Assembly (NCBI RefSeq): GCF_001194135.2
Contig: NC_068981.1
Location: forward strand, 93,290,799-93,345,052
Source of the DNA: Octopus bimaculoides
Lineage: Eukaryota
Length of the DNA: 54,254 nucleotides
Reading direction: 5' to 3'
A program made the translations under genes and the position numbers. Shown in pieces: positions 12,462 through 26,093 of the stretch. Within the stretch, counting starts at the first letter, position 1. Each line of letters opens with the position of its first letter. The notes below the pieces were generated by a model. That model saw only the letters and a list, made by a program, of their open reading frames with translations. It searched no databases and had not been told where the DNA came from.

Positions 12462-12745
12462 GTATATATATATATATTATATTTATATGTGCGTATACAT
12501 ATGTATGTATGTGTGTAGTCATGTATGTCCGTATGCATGATTGTGTATTTTGATAGCGTCTTTCTGATTTGTAAAGTTAAGTTTGATTTTTGTTACGCAG
12601 AATAATGATAACGGGTCTCACTAAATCTAAATATATGCTTTAAAGTATTGACTGAATCTCTACATGTGCACCAAATCAGCCAGTAATAACAGCTATATTT
12701 CTCCAAAATATTGACTTAAATCTATAGGTATCTAAGTGTATAATA

Positions 12746-14079
12746 CAGCCTTGGCCAAAAGTATTAGGCCACCCCAATGTGTTGGGATTCTGCTATCTCA
12801 ATGTTAATGAACCTTGTACACAGGGTAGATTATGGCATATTTCACAATATATATTGGTTTTGATATTTGGTTAACTCTCCTATACCATCACATCACTTTT
12901 GTACGGTTAGGCATTGAATCAACTAGTTTTTTGCAGGTGCAAGGCGGAATTTTACTCCATTCTTCTCTCAACTTTTGGTACAAATTCTCTTTAATTTTAA
13001 TTGTTGTGTTCCTGATAGCTTTACTAAGAGTTTCCCATAGGTGTTCCATCGGATTTAGATCGGGACTTTTTAACTGGCCAGTCCATGGGAACAATACTAT
13101 GTGGCCAGTCCATGGGAACAATACTCTGTTTCTCAAACCATTGACGAGTATTCTTTGTTGTATGACATGGAGCGTTGAAAGATAACACTGTTTCTCAACA
13201 CTCCCAGATGCAGTTTAGCCATTTATGACTCTAAAACATCCGATATCATAGACACATAGGTAGCTAAATTCATCCTTCCCTGACATAAAATGATTTCTCC
13301 GGATCCTGTGGCAGACATACAGGACCATACCATGATAGAACCTACGCCATGCTTTACGGCTGGTACCAGACATAAAGCTTTAAATGCTTCTCCAACTCTG
13401 CGACGCACGAAAGTTGCACCAGATGTACCGAAACAAGAGTAAAAACATGAAAAATAATATTAGCTTTATGATGGATACTTTTTTGATATATATCTTGGGC
13501 AACAAGCCACATACATTAAGTTTATGTGTTAATTGAATACATGTACTATATTAGCACATAGTTACTTTCATCAAACCATATGACTTTCGACTATTGCTCA
13601 CTGGCTTCTTCCTGGCTTTACAGCCTTTCTGACCATACTCTATAAGCCTTCTTCTAACAGTTTTTGGTTGATATTTGGGAAGTTCTTGCCTCGTTGATAT
13701 TCGCACAGAGCTCCGTCGATATTTTTCTCCTGCTTCTGAGTGACTAACGGATGATGGTTCTGTCATCACGACGTGATGTAATCTTTTTTCTACCTGTTCT
13801 TTGTATTGTCTTCACATGTTATGTCTCTCTGAAGCGCTTGAAAGTTGTTTGCATCGCACATCTAGAACATTTCATCTTCCGAGCAATTTGATTTTTGAGA
13901 CATTCCATCTTCATGATGAGCTACGATTTGACCTCGCTCACACTCACTCCACTCCCTTGTTTTAGGCATTTTAGTGTTTATTAACTGAATCTACAACGTA
14001 TTTTAGCATAAAACTCTGAAATAATCAAGGAAAGAAGTTAATTTTAGACGTTGGTCTTACTCATAACTGGTTGCATATG
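12746..14079 (-). mobile_element. Decayed Tc1-family DNA transposon
   Basis: ATG at 13969 (MPKTREWSECERGQIV). Fragments include TVRRRLIEYGQKGCKARKKP, PAVKHGVGSIMVWSCM, NAPCHTTK..W..Q..PMDWP and SPDLNPMEHLWE. Left terminus is ta-CAGCCTTGGCCAAAAGTATT; right terminus is uncertain. Confidence 0.9.
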
Positions 14080-15015
14080 TATAGTGCAGTATAAAAGTGG
14101 TAATGTTATGCTAAAGGAGGGTCAACCAACTGATGCTAAAGGAGGTCAAACTAATGTGTGTTGTGAAATATACCATAATCTACCATGTGCACGAATTTCA
14201 TTATCTTTGAGATAGCAGAACCACCAAAAATACGGCGGGTTTTCATGGTTGGAATGCATTTAATTGCGATCTTGTTAAACATAGATTGATCTGAGGCTAA
14301 ACATTGACAGCTTTAATTTCAACAACACGCACGTATAAAATATTCTGTAATTCTCGAAACCCGTTTAATTAACAAGAATAAAAACATAATCAGCAAGTAT
14401 ATCTTTTGAAAATCAAAACAGTTGAGTTGCAATGTAGCCAAATATAGAGCAATTGTATTGGCATGATTTTAGAAATTTATAACTTGAGAACATATATCGA
14501 CAGATGCTTATGATAACCGACCCCATGCAAACATACACTAATTCTATTCGACGTTTTGGAATTATTCCGAATATCGAAAATCAAATAAGAGGTATACGAA
14601 AGGGTAATTCTCCAAGATGTAACTGATAGGAAAATCAAAGATAACACGTAGATAAATATGTTCGTTCAGAGCCAAAGATCTTTTTACTATGTATATAGGG
14701 AAATATAAATTGTTTGTATGTTTTGTATATTCTGTTGATCTTAGAACATATTATGTATTGAAATTCTATTAAATATATCAAGTTACAAAATTTGTTTACA
14801 TTTTATCGGAAAGAAATCCTGGTGTACAAAGGTAATTTTTCCCATGCCATCTTTCCGAATTAGATTGCGACAATATTGATACTTATCATTGGAATACGAG
14901 AGCAAGCATATTTAGGGGAACGTTACATTCATACAAAATGATCCCTTTATTTGATTGATATTTATAACAGCGACCCTTGAATTATTCAATTCATAATCAA
15001 ACATTTTACTTTATA

Positions 15016-15254
15016 ATTATGGAAATATGTTTTAATTTTACATATATGTATATGTGTGTGTATTTTATTCTCATATATACATGTGTAAAATGTTGTAATT
15101 ATGTTTTTGCCTCATTTGTTTGGAATGGGCTTCTTTATAGGGTAAACAAATGTAATGTTTTTTTTTTATTTTGGTAGAAAGGGAACGATGTATATTCAAG
15201 ACGTAGCTAAACCAACAACATAGGAGCAATCGATTTAGATGACGTATTCTTTTG
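15016..15254 (-). repeat. Inverted copy of 11568-11806
   Basis: See 11568-11806. Confidence 0.92.
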
Positions 15255-15676
15255 NNNNNNNNNNNNNNNNNNNNNNNNNNNNNNNNNNNNNNNNNNNNNN
15301 NNNNNNNNNNNNNNNNNNNNNNNNNNNNNNNNNNNNNNNNNNNNNNNNNNNNNNNNNNNNNNNNNNNNNNNNNNNNNNNNNNNNNNNNNNNNNNNNNNNN
15401 NNNNNNNNNNNNNNNNNNNNNNNNNNNNNNNNNNNNNNNNNNNNNNNNNNNNNNNNNNNNNNNNNNNNNNNNNNNNTATATATATATATATAGACGCACA
15501 ATGATATACATTTATAGTGGATAAATACATCCATATATATATATATATATTTGTGTATGTGCATGTGTTTAGGTTTATATATGTACGTTTGCACATATAC
15601 ACTCGTACGAATACACACAGAATCACACATGTACACATATATATATAGATATATTATGCATGTAAAGGAAAAATAA

Positions 15677-15724
<48 letters not shown>

Positions 15725-15779
15725 TTTCTGTATTTGTTTTGCAGGATTCTAAAAATATTTTCTGAAGTATACGTTTGTG

Positions 15780-17060
15780 ACTTGGGGTGGGGTTACGTGG
15801 CAAAAGCATACATGCAGTGTTCTTGCATATTTTTTAAGCAAGTGTAATTACCTCCACCAACTTTCATCTGGTCTTCATTCTCCTTTGTAAATCGGTCATT
15901 GGCACCATGAGGGGAATCTTTTGGATATTTGTTACTAGGTCTTAGTCGTTAATGCTCTATGTGACGTTCGTTAACCTCGCCCGTTGTTATTGAGAAGAGT
16001 GTATTGCAGGTCTCATAGCACATCCTTCATAGTGGGAAGGGATACTTGTTTTGCTGATTTGTTAGGTGAGTTTAGTGTCAGCCCAGAACCGCCAACTTCT
16101 ATGGTTTGTTGATTATTGTATTTGTTGTTTTAGACCTTTTGTGAAGAAAGCGTTTAGAAGTCATTTACTGGCAGACCCGTTATACCTGTCTCAACTAGCA
16201 TGCATGCTGCATATTAAGATCTTCCACTAAACAAACAAGATACTCTTCTGCTGCCGTGTTGTGATCTTGTTGGGCCATGAGGGCTTACATGTTACACATT
16301 GAAACCGTTATCCCTGAAACTGATTATTTTATTTTGATTTCGAGGTACAGGGAAAATCATTTAGGACAATTATTATGCGCGTTTACTTGGGATTTTGCAT
16401 TAACAACATTTTCTGTTTAAATGACAACTCATAATATACATAGGGCTCGCTCTCCCTCCCAAGGAAGGATAATTCACTTAAATTATCTGCCTAGACTGTT
16501 TATACTCGCACTTAATGAGATGAGTGCCAGTTGCTTGATTGGCAACATAGAGATATGTTATTTGCTTCTTACATGGGCCTTTCTATATCATTGTAGATGG
16601 TTGGTCCCTGTACGATGTAAGAATATTCCTCCCTTTCGGTCTTCCGGAAAACATTCCGCATCGAGAATTGTCCTGTTCGAAAGAACACTATCGAAATACA
16701 TTATCTGTTTCTACACTCAAATCAACACAGGTATGGTACTGTTCTTCCTCATAAGATTTCAAGTTGATATTGTTAAAATGACTGTGTCTTTCTTTCTGTT
16801 CTTCTTTGCTGTTAATATTTTTCGTTCCTGTGTGAGAAATATTCGTCATCATTTTAGTTTGGGGAATATGGCGTGAAACGTTAAGGGCTTTAGTTTCTCT
16901 TGGTGAAATGTGAAGGAAAATAAGTATTTCCTCTAAACATAAAACTCCAAAATGTAGAAAGCTATCAACATGCTTGTAATTTGAGTAAAAATATTGATTC
17001 GAAGGACAAATTGTAACAAACGGATACTTCGTTAGTAATGAATAACAATAAAGAAATAAC
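15780..17060 (-). mobile_element. Heavily decayed L1/Tx1-like ORF2 C-terminal remnant
   Basis: Minus-strand fragments in plausible order: PSLGGRA (GGLG-like), SLPTMKDVL, NIQKIPLMVP, KLVEVITLA. Many stops; motif recognition by eye only. Confidence 0.35.
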
Positions 17061-17114
17061 ATAAATGCAATAATAATGATACATATATTGGTTTCAAATT
17101 TTAGCACAAGGACA

Positions 17115-17296
17115 GAAATCTCGGGGTGGGGAAAAGTCGATAACTTCGGCGCCAGTGCTTGTATTTATTTCATCGACCCGAAATGATGAAAGGCGGAGTC
17201 GATCCCGGCAGCCTGTGAACTCGGAACATAAAGTTAGAACCAATGCCGATAAACATTTTGTCCGGTGGGCTGATGATTCTGCCAGCTGACCGCCTT
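17115..17296 (-). mobile_element. SINE family 1 copy (a plus-strand head fragment follows at 17327-17366)
   Basis: tcgacccgaaatgatgaaaggcggagtcgatcccggcag..gaactcggaac..tctgccagctgaccgcct. Confidence 0.8.
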
Positions 17297-17382
17297 AATA
17301 ATATTTTTGATATTAATGACAATAATTAGGCGGTGAGCTTGCAGAATCGTTAGCAAGTCGGGCTATAAACACGCACATACAC

Positions 17383-17427
<45 letters not shown>

Positions 17428-18954
17428 NNNNNNNNNNNNNNNNNNNNNNNNNNNNNNNNNNNNNNNNNNNNNNNNNNNNNNNNNNNNNNNNNNNNNNNNN
17501 NNNNNNNNNNNNNNNNNNNNNNNNNNNNNNNNNNNNNNNNNNNNNNNNNNNNNNNNNNNNNNNNNNNNNNNNNNNNNNNNNNNNNNNNNNNNNNNNNNNN
17601 NNNNNNNNNNNNNNNNNNNNNNNNNNNNNNNNNNNNNNNNNNNNNNNNNNNNNNNNNNNNNNNNNNNNNNNNNNNNNNNNNNNNNNNNNNNNNNNNNNNN
17701 NNNNNNNNNNNNNNNNNNNNNNNNNNNNNNNNNNNNNNNNNNNNNNNNNNNNNNNNNNNNNNNNNNNNNNNNNNNNNNNNNNNNNNNNNNNNNNNNNNNN
17801 NNNNNNNNNNNNNNNNNNNNNNNNNNNNNNNNNNNNNNNNNNNNNNNNNNNNNNNNNNNNNNNNNNNNNNNNNNNNNNNNNNNNNNNNNNNNNNNNNNNN
17901 NNNNNNNNNNNNNNNNNNNNNNNNNNNNNNNNNNNNNNNNNNNNNNNNNNNNNNNNNGTGTGTGTGTGTGTGTGTGTTCGAATGTCACAATTGCCTGTTT
18001 TTACTGACACTAGTACTGCCGTCTAAGAAACTAGGATTTATTACAGTGCCCCAAAAAGCACACTTCTCCATCCATTATATAACTTATTAACTAAACTAGC
18101 TACAGTGTTGACTTTTGCAAATGAGGTTCTCCAACTGAGTCGGTCCTTTGAAGCTAGTGTCAACACATGTCTAAGCAAATATACATTCACTTGCAGTTGG
18201 TTTGTAAACGACTCCCCAAAGGAACTTAAAGCAGTCTGTATCATGAGGAATTTACGATAGAGTTGTCCAAATATAGATTTAAGAGTGCAGATTAACATAT
18301 TTCCTAACGTATGGTTGCGGTTTCAAACCCCTATTCGGTGGGTCTTTTGTATAAGTTTTTAAAAAAGTAGACGGAGAGGACAGTATTTACTAGGATAAGT
18401 TGATTTTTCGAACATTCTTACATTACTGACATGTACTCCAGAAACGGCCGTCAAATGGATCTCCTCTACTAACGGGACTTTTCCTTAATGTTTAATTTTT
18501 ATTGTAGTGTAGTTATTTGCTCTTTGAACTGTCTAAAAATATTTGTTTGCTAGTTGATGACTTAAGCACCTTCCTATTTTTGTTTTACATTATCCATATA
18601 TGGTTTACTTTACACCTCGAACGCTTTTATCTTATTTACACCTCGGATATTTTTATATTCTTTTAATCTATAGTTTTATCTATATATTTATATGTGGTAC
18701 TTTTATAAATATAGATCTATTGATCTGTATTAGATTGTTTTAATATAAGGGTATTTTTAAGAATATGTTTAAAATTTTGCGACTGGGAATTTGTTGATTG
18801 ACCTACACTTTGTTTCTGAATTTACGTCATTAATTATCGTTCGTCGCGGATATTCTGGGAACTTCTCATTTGCAGCACATATATTTCTAAAGAAAGAGTT
18901 GATAGCATGTATATATATATATATNNNNNNNNNNNNNNNNNNNNNNNNNNNNNA

Positions 18955-19252
18955 TATGGAAAAAAAGGTAGAAAATGCTAAAATAATTTTATAAAAACAC
19001 ATTTGAGTACCGGCTTCAGTCATTCAGATTTTTTCAACTGTAAGTATAGAAAACAATTAAATTTTGGAAAAGTTAAAAGAAAAGTTTTTTAAAAGAATAT
19101 TTGCATAGTATTCAAATACAAGGGGAATTTTCCTTGTTTCTGCCTGTCTCTGTCTCTCTTGTTTACTCTTGTGGGTTCGAGGTCGTTGTGAATTACATTT
19201 ATAAAATTTATGAAATTATTTTAGCATTTTCTACCTTGACTTTTTTCCATAT
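18955..19252. mobile_element. ~300-bp element with ~45-bp inverted termini flanked by (TA)n, carrying a hammerhead-like motif (19005-19040, minus)
   Basis: Left terminus tatggaaaaaaaggtagaaaatgctaaaataattttataaaa pairs with right terminus ttttatgaaattattttagcattttctaccttgacttttttccata. The left ~130 bp are the reverse complement of 37430-37560. Confidence 0.7.
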
Positions 19253-20027
19253 ATATATATACATATATATATACACACACACACACATATATATACATGT
19301 ACATACATACATATGTACATACACAGATACACGCACGTACACACACACACACTCAGAGGGCAGAGAGAATTTTTAAAGCAAGAAAATGTGTTGTATGAAC
19401 CTACCCTTCTAAATTAGTATTTGAGCTCTATATTCCAAATATTGATTATTATATATTGATGTCGGCTAACTCCGTTTTTATAAACAGATATATTTTCATA
19501 TGTGTATACGTGTATATAACTGCCTATGCATCTTAACAATTTTGTGGGCCCATTCCATAAATAACAATCAATAACTGGCATGTAGATTTGGAGCTAGTAG
19601 TTTCAAAATTCCAGTTTTCACCTTTAGTTTTTATTATTGCTCTTCTCCATCTTCAATTTATCATCATCATCATCATTTTTATTTTAGCCGTGCCAAAACT
19701 ATGATTAATGATTTTATCAAAAAGATTTCGCTTAGAATTTCAAGGCTCTCTGCTAACATACTCATTTCTAATGTAACCTCACCGTACTATAACGAAGCAC
19801 TTGCCTGGAACGATTTTAATGACAAATTTCCTATGCGTATAAAACAGAACTTACATCTCACCAATCAGCTACAAGCAATATTAATAGTAGGAAGAGACGC
19901 AGATATTGAACTAAGAATTTAATGCGATATAATCAATATTTTCAACTTAGCGGTACTTAACTCAATACCTAGAACCTTTTCCCATCTTCTACGAAATCAT
20001 CTCCTCCACAGTATAAATGCTGTAGAA

Positions 20028-20074
<47 letters not shown>

Positions 20075-20285
20075 TTGCTATTATGCAAAAGTATCGTATG
20101 TCCAAACCATTGCATTTTCAGAAAACGAATAAATAGTTTCACTATTCCATTCCATTTCTTTTTACATTAGCAACATTTTCAGCTTAACACTAATACTTTG
20201 TAGAGTGCATAAAATCTTATCTCCATGCATGTATGATATTTTCAGTCAGAAATATTTTTGCAAAACTGTCTTATGTGGAACTTAC

Positions 20286-20355
20286 TACACTTTTGAAAAA
20301 TGCAACACGTTTGTACTACACTTTGACAATTTTCATATCTTGGCTTCTGAACCAA
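20286..20355 (-). CDS. Candidate internal exon (LVQKPRYENCQSVVQTCCIFQKC)
   Basis: Strong acceptor ctatctattttcag, consensus donor GTA|gtaagt, only one of three frames open. No homology recognised. Confidence 0.35.
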
Positions 20356-20605
20356 CTGAAAATAGATAGTTTGACCAAACCACCGGCTATTGCCTAGCAA
20401 AATTAAATATTGTAAAAGAAAAACGCATCTGGTCGAATTTGGACATACGACACTTTAACATAATAGCACTCCAACTCGTCTAGGCTTAGCAGCCCTTCCT
20501 GCTTGTTTTCACTGTCTTGTTTTTGTTACCAACTTTGACCCTCCGCAAAATCCCAAGTTTTATTTAAATTTGCTTTGCGGGAGCAACTGTTATGTATGTA
20601 TATAT

Positions 20606-20678
<73 letters not shown>

Positions 20679-23600
20679 CATACATGTATATATATATACA
20701 TAAATATACACACACACTTATATATTCTACCTTTATATCTTTCAAGCGATATTCCATCGATAAAAATACAAGCGTATATAGTCAAGTGTTTTGGCCGAGA
20801 GGTTTGGGTGTTGCACTCACCATTCTCAGATCGTGGTTTCCATTATTAGATCGGGCAGTGTTTTGTGATCTTATGTAAAAGTCTTCATTTCACATTGCTT
20901 TGACGTTTGATACACCATGTACCTGTACAGGCAACGTCGATTTGATGGGTATATGCTAATATACCGCACATACATTTGATCATTCTGTGTATGTGTATAT
21001 ACACATATACACAGAGGTCCCCTTTTACATCTTTTCAAACGATATTCAAGTATTTAGAATCTTCAATTGAAGGGGAAAAATGACATCCTCAAAATTAATA
21101 TTGGAGTTAAATACAAAAGAATACTAAATACGCAGTAAATTGGACAATGGCATAAAGATATGTGTTCTATATAGGTAGTAAGGTACATTGCAATTTTTAC
21201 TCGAGTTAAAGTTTAGAAATTCTGTTTGCTAAAACCAATATTTTATATAAGGGAATTTGTTAAATATAGTGATTTGGAGGACCTTGTGTATAAATGCCGA
21301 ACCCCATCACCACAAGAAATCGATCCACTCGTTTTGACGTAGATTTTACGTATTCCTACAGAAAATTTTATTCAAAACATTTCCCTCTCATAAGGAATCT
21401 ATTTTAATGCGAGTGAATTCATTACATTTATTGAACCATATTTTTTATATACTATCTTTTAATTGTGTTTTTCATACATTAATTACCATATTACTACAAC
21501 GATTAGCTTTTCTTTACTTTTTCTATATTTACATATCTTTTGAAATTACCATATTGTTACTGTTTTATGTAGCTACATGTTCCTTTTAACCCCCATTGGT
21601 AGTTTTGCTGATTCTTCACTTACAACCTACTCTAATTTATTATTTGCAACATTATCTTCGCTTAAATTTTGTTTGTGTTAATTTCCTTTTTTTTCAGAAG
21701 CGTAAGTTGTTTTGTTAGCTTAATGTTAATTAGCATCTGTTTGTTAAGGTCTATAGTCATATCTCTTGTTTGAAATTTCTGTATGTGCTAATACACCAAT
21801 TGTTTTACTATATCTCATCTACCTCCCTCACCAAATCTTAGATCTCTAAACTGGTGTTGTGGTACATCCTAGTTAGGTTTCTTTGTGCTTTCCTTTTTAC
21901 TGTACCTTCTTCATCCTCTACTTCCTCATTGTATGATTTGCCTTTCCCTCAGTTAGTTCCAGTTGATCTTCTTTATTTTCTCCTCCTTATACACGCTACA
22001 TCTAAGACTGCTGAAATAGCGATTTAACTGTATACTCTTTCCTTATATCTCTATCTTCTATATAAGCAGATATTTTTTATATGATAGCTTAATTATCAAA
22101 CATAACTTTAGAGCAATTTATTGTAGCTGCATATTTGCTATAATAAACGCTTTTACTTTCCTTTTAAAATTACATTTAAATTCCCAATCTCTGAGAAAAT
22201 ATATTTTCGTAGACTTTTACTTAATAATGGAAAATTAGTTACAACCTATTTCTTAAGGCAGTTTCATTTTCTGGTCCTTTATACATCTCAATTCTGTACC
22301 TAAGTAGAGATTTCACTATTTTCTGATTGCAATTAATTAGCATCCCGTTTTCTTTTTTAAGGAATTTTTATTGGTTGCCTATATTTGATAGTTACATTAG
22401 TACAATTTTGAAATCCATTTTGACCACTGTTAAATGGTGTTGCAATATATACAACAATCATTTCGTGTTTAAAACCAATACCTCTCGAGACCAAAGTGCA
22501 CATGATTACAGGAAATAATACTGGATACGTCAATTTATAATTGGTAAATGAAGGCTATACGTCAAGAAATAATTTTGAAGACATATACTAATATATGGTA
22601 GTTGCATTATGTTATGCTTCAGGATAATACATATATAAAATATAATCTTCCTAAGCTATTTCTCAAACGATGTTTTCTTCATTTGTTGGTGACTAAATTA
22701 TCACTTGAATTAGTGGATGTTAGTAATACTCTATTTACTACATATATATATTTATATATATATATATNNNNNNNNNNNNNNNNNNNNNNNNNNNNNNNNN
22801 NNNNNNNNNNNNNNNNNNNNNNNNNNNNNNNNNNNNNNNNNNNNNNNNNNNNNNNNNNNNNNNNNNNNNNNNNNNNNNNNNNNNNNNNNNNNNNNNNNNN
22901 NNNNNNNNNNNNNNNNNNNNNNNNNNNNNNNNNNNNNNNNNNNNNNNNNNNNNNNNNNNNNNNNNNNNNNNNNNNNNNNNNNNNNNNNNNNNNNNNNNNN
23001 NNNNNNNNNNNNNNNNNNNNNNNNNNNNNNNNNNNNNNNNNNNNNNNNNNNNNNNNNNNNNNNNNNNNNNNNNNNNNNNNNNNNNNNNNNNNNNNNNNNN
23101 NNNNNNNNNNNNNNNNNNNNNNNNNNNNNNNNNNNNNNNNNNNNNNNNNNNNNNNNNNNNNNNNNNNNNNNNNNNNNNNNNNNNNNNNNNNNNNNNNNNN
23201 NNNNNNNNNNNNNNNNNNNNNNNNNNNNNNNNNNNNNNNNNNNNNNNNNNNNNNNNNNNNNNNNNNNNNNNNNNNNNNNNNNNNNNNNNNNNNNNNNNNN
23301 NNNNNNNNNNNATGACCTGTAAATAAATAATATATTTATCTCACCAGATAGACTACTTTTTTTGTTGGATTTTATATATATAAATATATGTGTGTGTATG
23401 TATGTATGTATGTATGTATAGTTAATTAATCACTTCGACTGTAGTATCATTCAAATTCATCCCAGCATCATCAGGCGTATCAGTAATCTCTGAGCTAGCA
23501 TAGAACTCGGAGCTACAGTATATATTGTATACATTAGAAGCATTAGCATCGCTGTTGCTATTTCCTATGTCACCATTGATATTATTATTCTCATTGTTGG

Positions 23601-24385
23601 GGTTTAAGTTAGTATTGACAATAATATTATTATTATTAGCACCTCTTGCTAATTTTATATTCTTTCTATTTAACCTTGCTATGATGGTACCCATATTGGG
23701 GAGAGTAGAATATGAGATTCTAATTGTCTTACGGGAAAATATTCTGCTATATATATAAGAAGTCGGGAAGTTTTTTTTCTAAAATTGTCATAAATTTCCT
23801 ATATATGCTTGTGGATATGGCACAGTTGAAGTGAACGTAACACTAGATGAAATCCTTATTTTCATACTTACGGCGTATGTAAGGGCGGAATCTACCTGCT
23901 CTCTCAATGCCTCTCAAAATCGTGACTTGATTATTAGGTATGCCTCTATTACCAGTATTTTTCCTATCCTTATAGGGTGGTGTAACCTATCCTTATAGGG
24001 TGGTGTAACCTATCCTTTCCCCTCACTACCCTTATTATCTAAACTAAAATTCCTACTTGTTAAAGCATCTTATTTCCTGTTGTTGCATTTTTTAATTTAA
24101 ATTGATGGATTTGTTGGATACTTTTCTAGTTGGTATGTTTTCCTGTCCAAGTAAGTTTGAAATCCCCCTATCACTTAAAATCTTTCAGTCTTCTTGCTCT
24201 ATTGGACCATTTGAGTAAAATTATATGAATGTGTCCAATTGATAAAAAATTCTATTTATTTATTTATGCAGCTGAGGATAGCCCAAAATTTAAATTGATG
24301 TATTGATTGCATTGTTCCTTCAAATGGAGCCGCTTGAAACGGTCGTACTGCATCACCTCTTGATATCCTATTGCTTATTTTGATT

Positions 24386-24424
<39 letters not shown>

Positions 24425-25094
24425 GGTACAGGACGTCGCCAACGCTGTGAATAACATGAAATACGTAAACAAACGAGGGAAAAACAAGTGAAATACATAA
24501 ACAAGGAAAAAATGAAAAACAGGAAGGTTAACTCAGAGAAATGACTCTTGATCAGTTGACGGCTGTCTATCTAGTCCTCATTACGAGCATTCAACGACAA
24601 TATGAGTCTTCAAAGACAGTTGCTCCCATAAATTCTATAATAAAATTTAGGATGTGTAGAAGGTCAAAGTTGGGAACAAAGGAATAACAGTGGAGACATA
24701 TAAACATATATACCATTACGGGCGTAGAAATAAGTAATATTGTATATGGGGAAATTAGCATGTGGCCATGCAGGTATGCCCTTCTCCATAAGTTACTAAA
24801 TATAGTTCACAAGAATATAGTACCTGTGCAAATGTATTCAAATTGAAAGGAGTCACAACAAATACTTTAATGCTTATTGTCCAATGTATTGAAACGCCTG
24901 TTCCGAACATACATTAATACTTATACGCTTACATAGATTTATATATACATATATACTTACACGTCTTTATGTACATACATAAAATGTAAATATACAAATA
25001 TGCAGATGGTGTGCTCCTGAAGAGTAAATGAGTATATCTCAACATATGAAACTATTAGTAGCGCTTAAATACATGTGTACATATACATATGTAC

Positions 25095-25453
<359 letters not shown>

Positions 25454-25584
25454 CAGATAAATTCCTATATTTATATAATATCGAGGTCTCTTTCTTTCTT
25501 TTGTTGTCTTTTCTATCAATATATATACATATATATATATATATATCGCATATATATTTGTAAATGTAAGTACGTATGCATATA

Positions 25585-26015
25585 TATTCATTTATTTGTT
25601 TAAGTCAGTTGCGTGCGGCCATGCTGAAGCACTGTCTTGAAGACTTTAAGTCGAAAAAGTCGACCCCAGGACTTATTCTTTGTAAGACAATTACTTTTTC
25701 TAACCGTTTATTTTGCCGAACCACTAGGTACCGGGGACATAAAAACACAGCATCGGTTGTCAGGCAATGGCGGGTGACAAACACAGACGCACACAAGCAT
25801 ACACATATACATACATACATACATACACATATGTGAGTGTGTGTGTGTGTAAACACGACGGGCTTCTTTTCAGTTTCTGACTATCAAATCAAATCCGCTC
25901 ACAAGGTTTTGGTCGGGCCGAGGCTATAGCAAAGACATTTGCCCTAAGTGACATGCAGTGGGACTGAAACTGGGACCATGTGGTTGGGAAGCAAACTTCT
26001 TACCACACAGCCACG
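25585..26015 (-). mobile_element. SINE family 3, near full length
   Basis: Minus strand starts gtggctgtgtggtaagaagtttgcttcccaaccac (tRNA-like head), then body, internal CA/TA repeat and 3' tail. Confidence 0.88.

Positions 26016-26093
<78 letters not shown>

Noticed and set aside
18041-18298. 85-aa minus ORF and an overlapping open plus frame
   Set aside because: No convincing motif on either strand and weak splice signals; cannot be assigned.
19688-19922. 73-aa plus ORF with an upstream acceptor
   Set aside because: No good donor and no recognisable homology; left unannotated.
21690-21710. Apparent 4-nt microexon tttttcag|aagc|gtaagt
   Set aside because: It lies in a pyrimidine-rich retroelement-like block where such signals arise by chance; no supporting context.
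24425-24720. Possible PLE-type terminal repeat with ttgaaga...ctcgtaat on minus
   Set aside because: Too degenerate to establish helices or a core.
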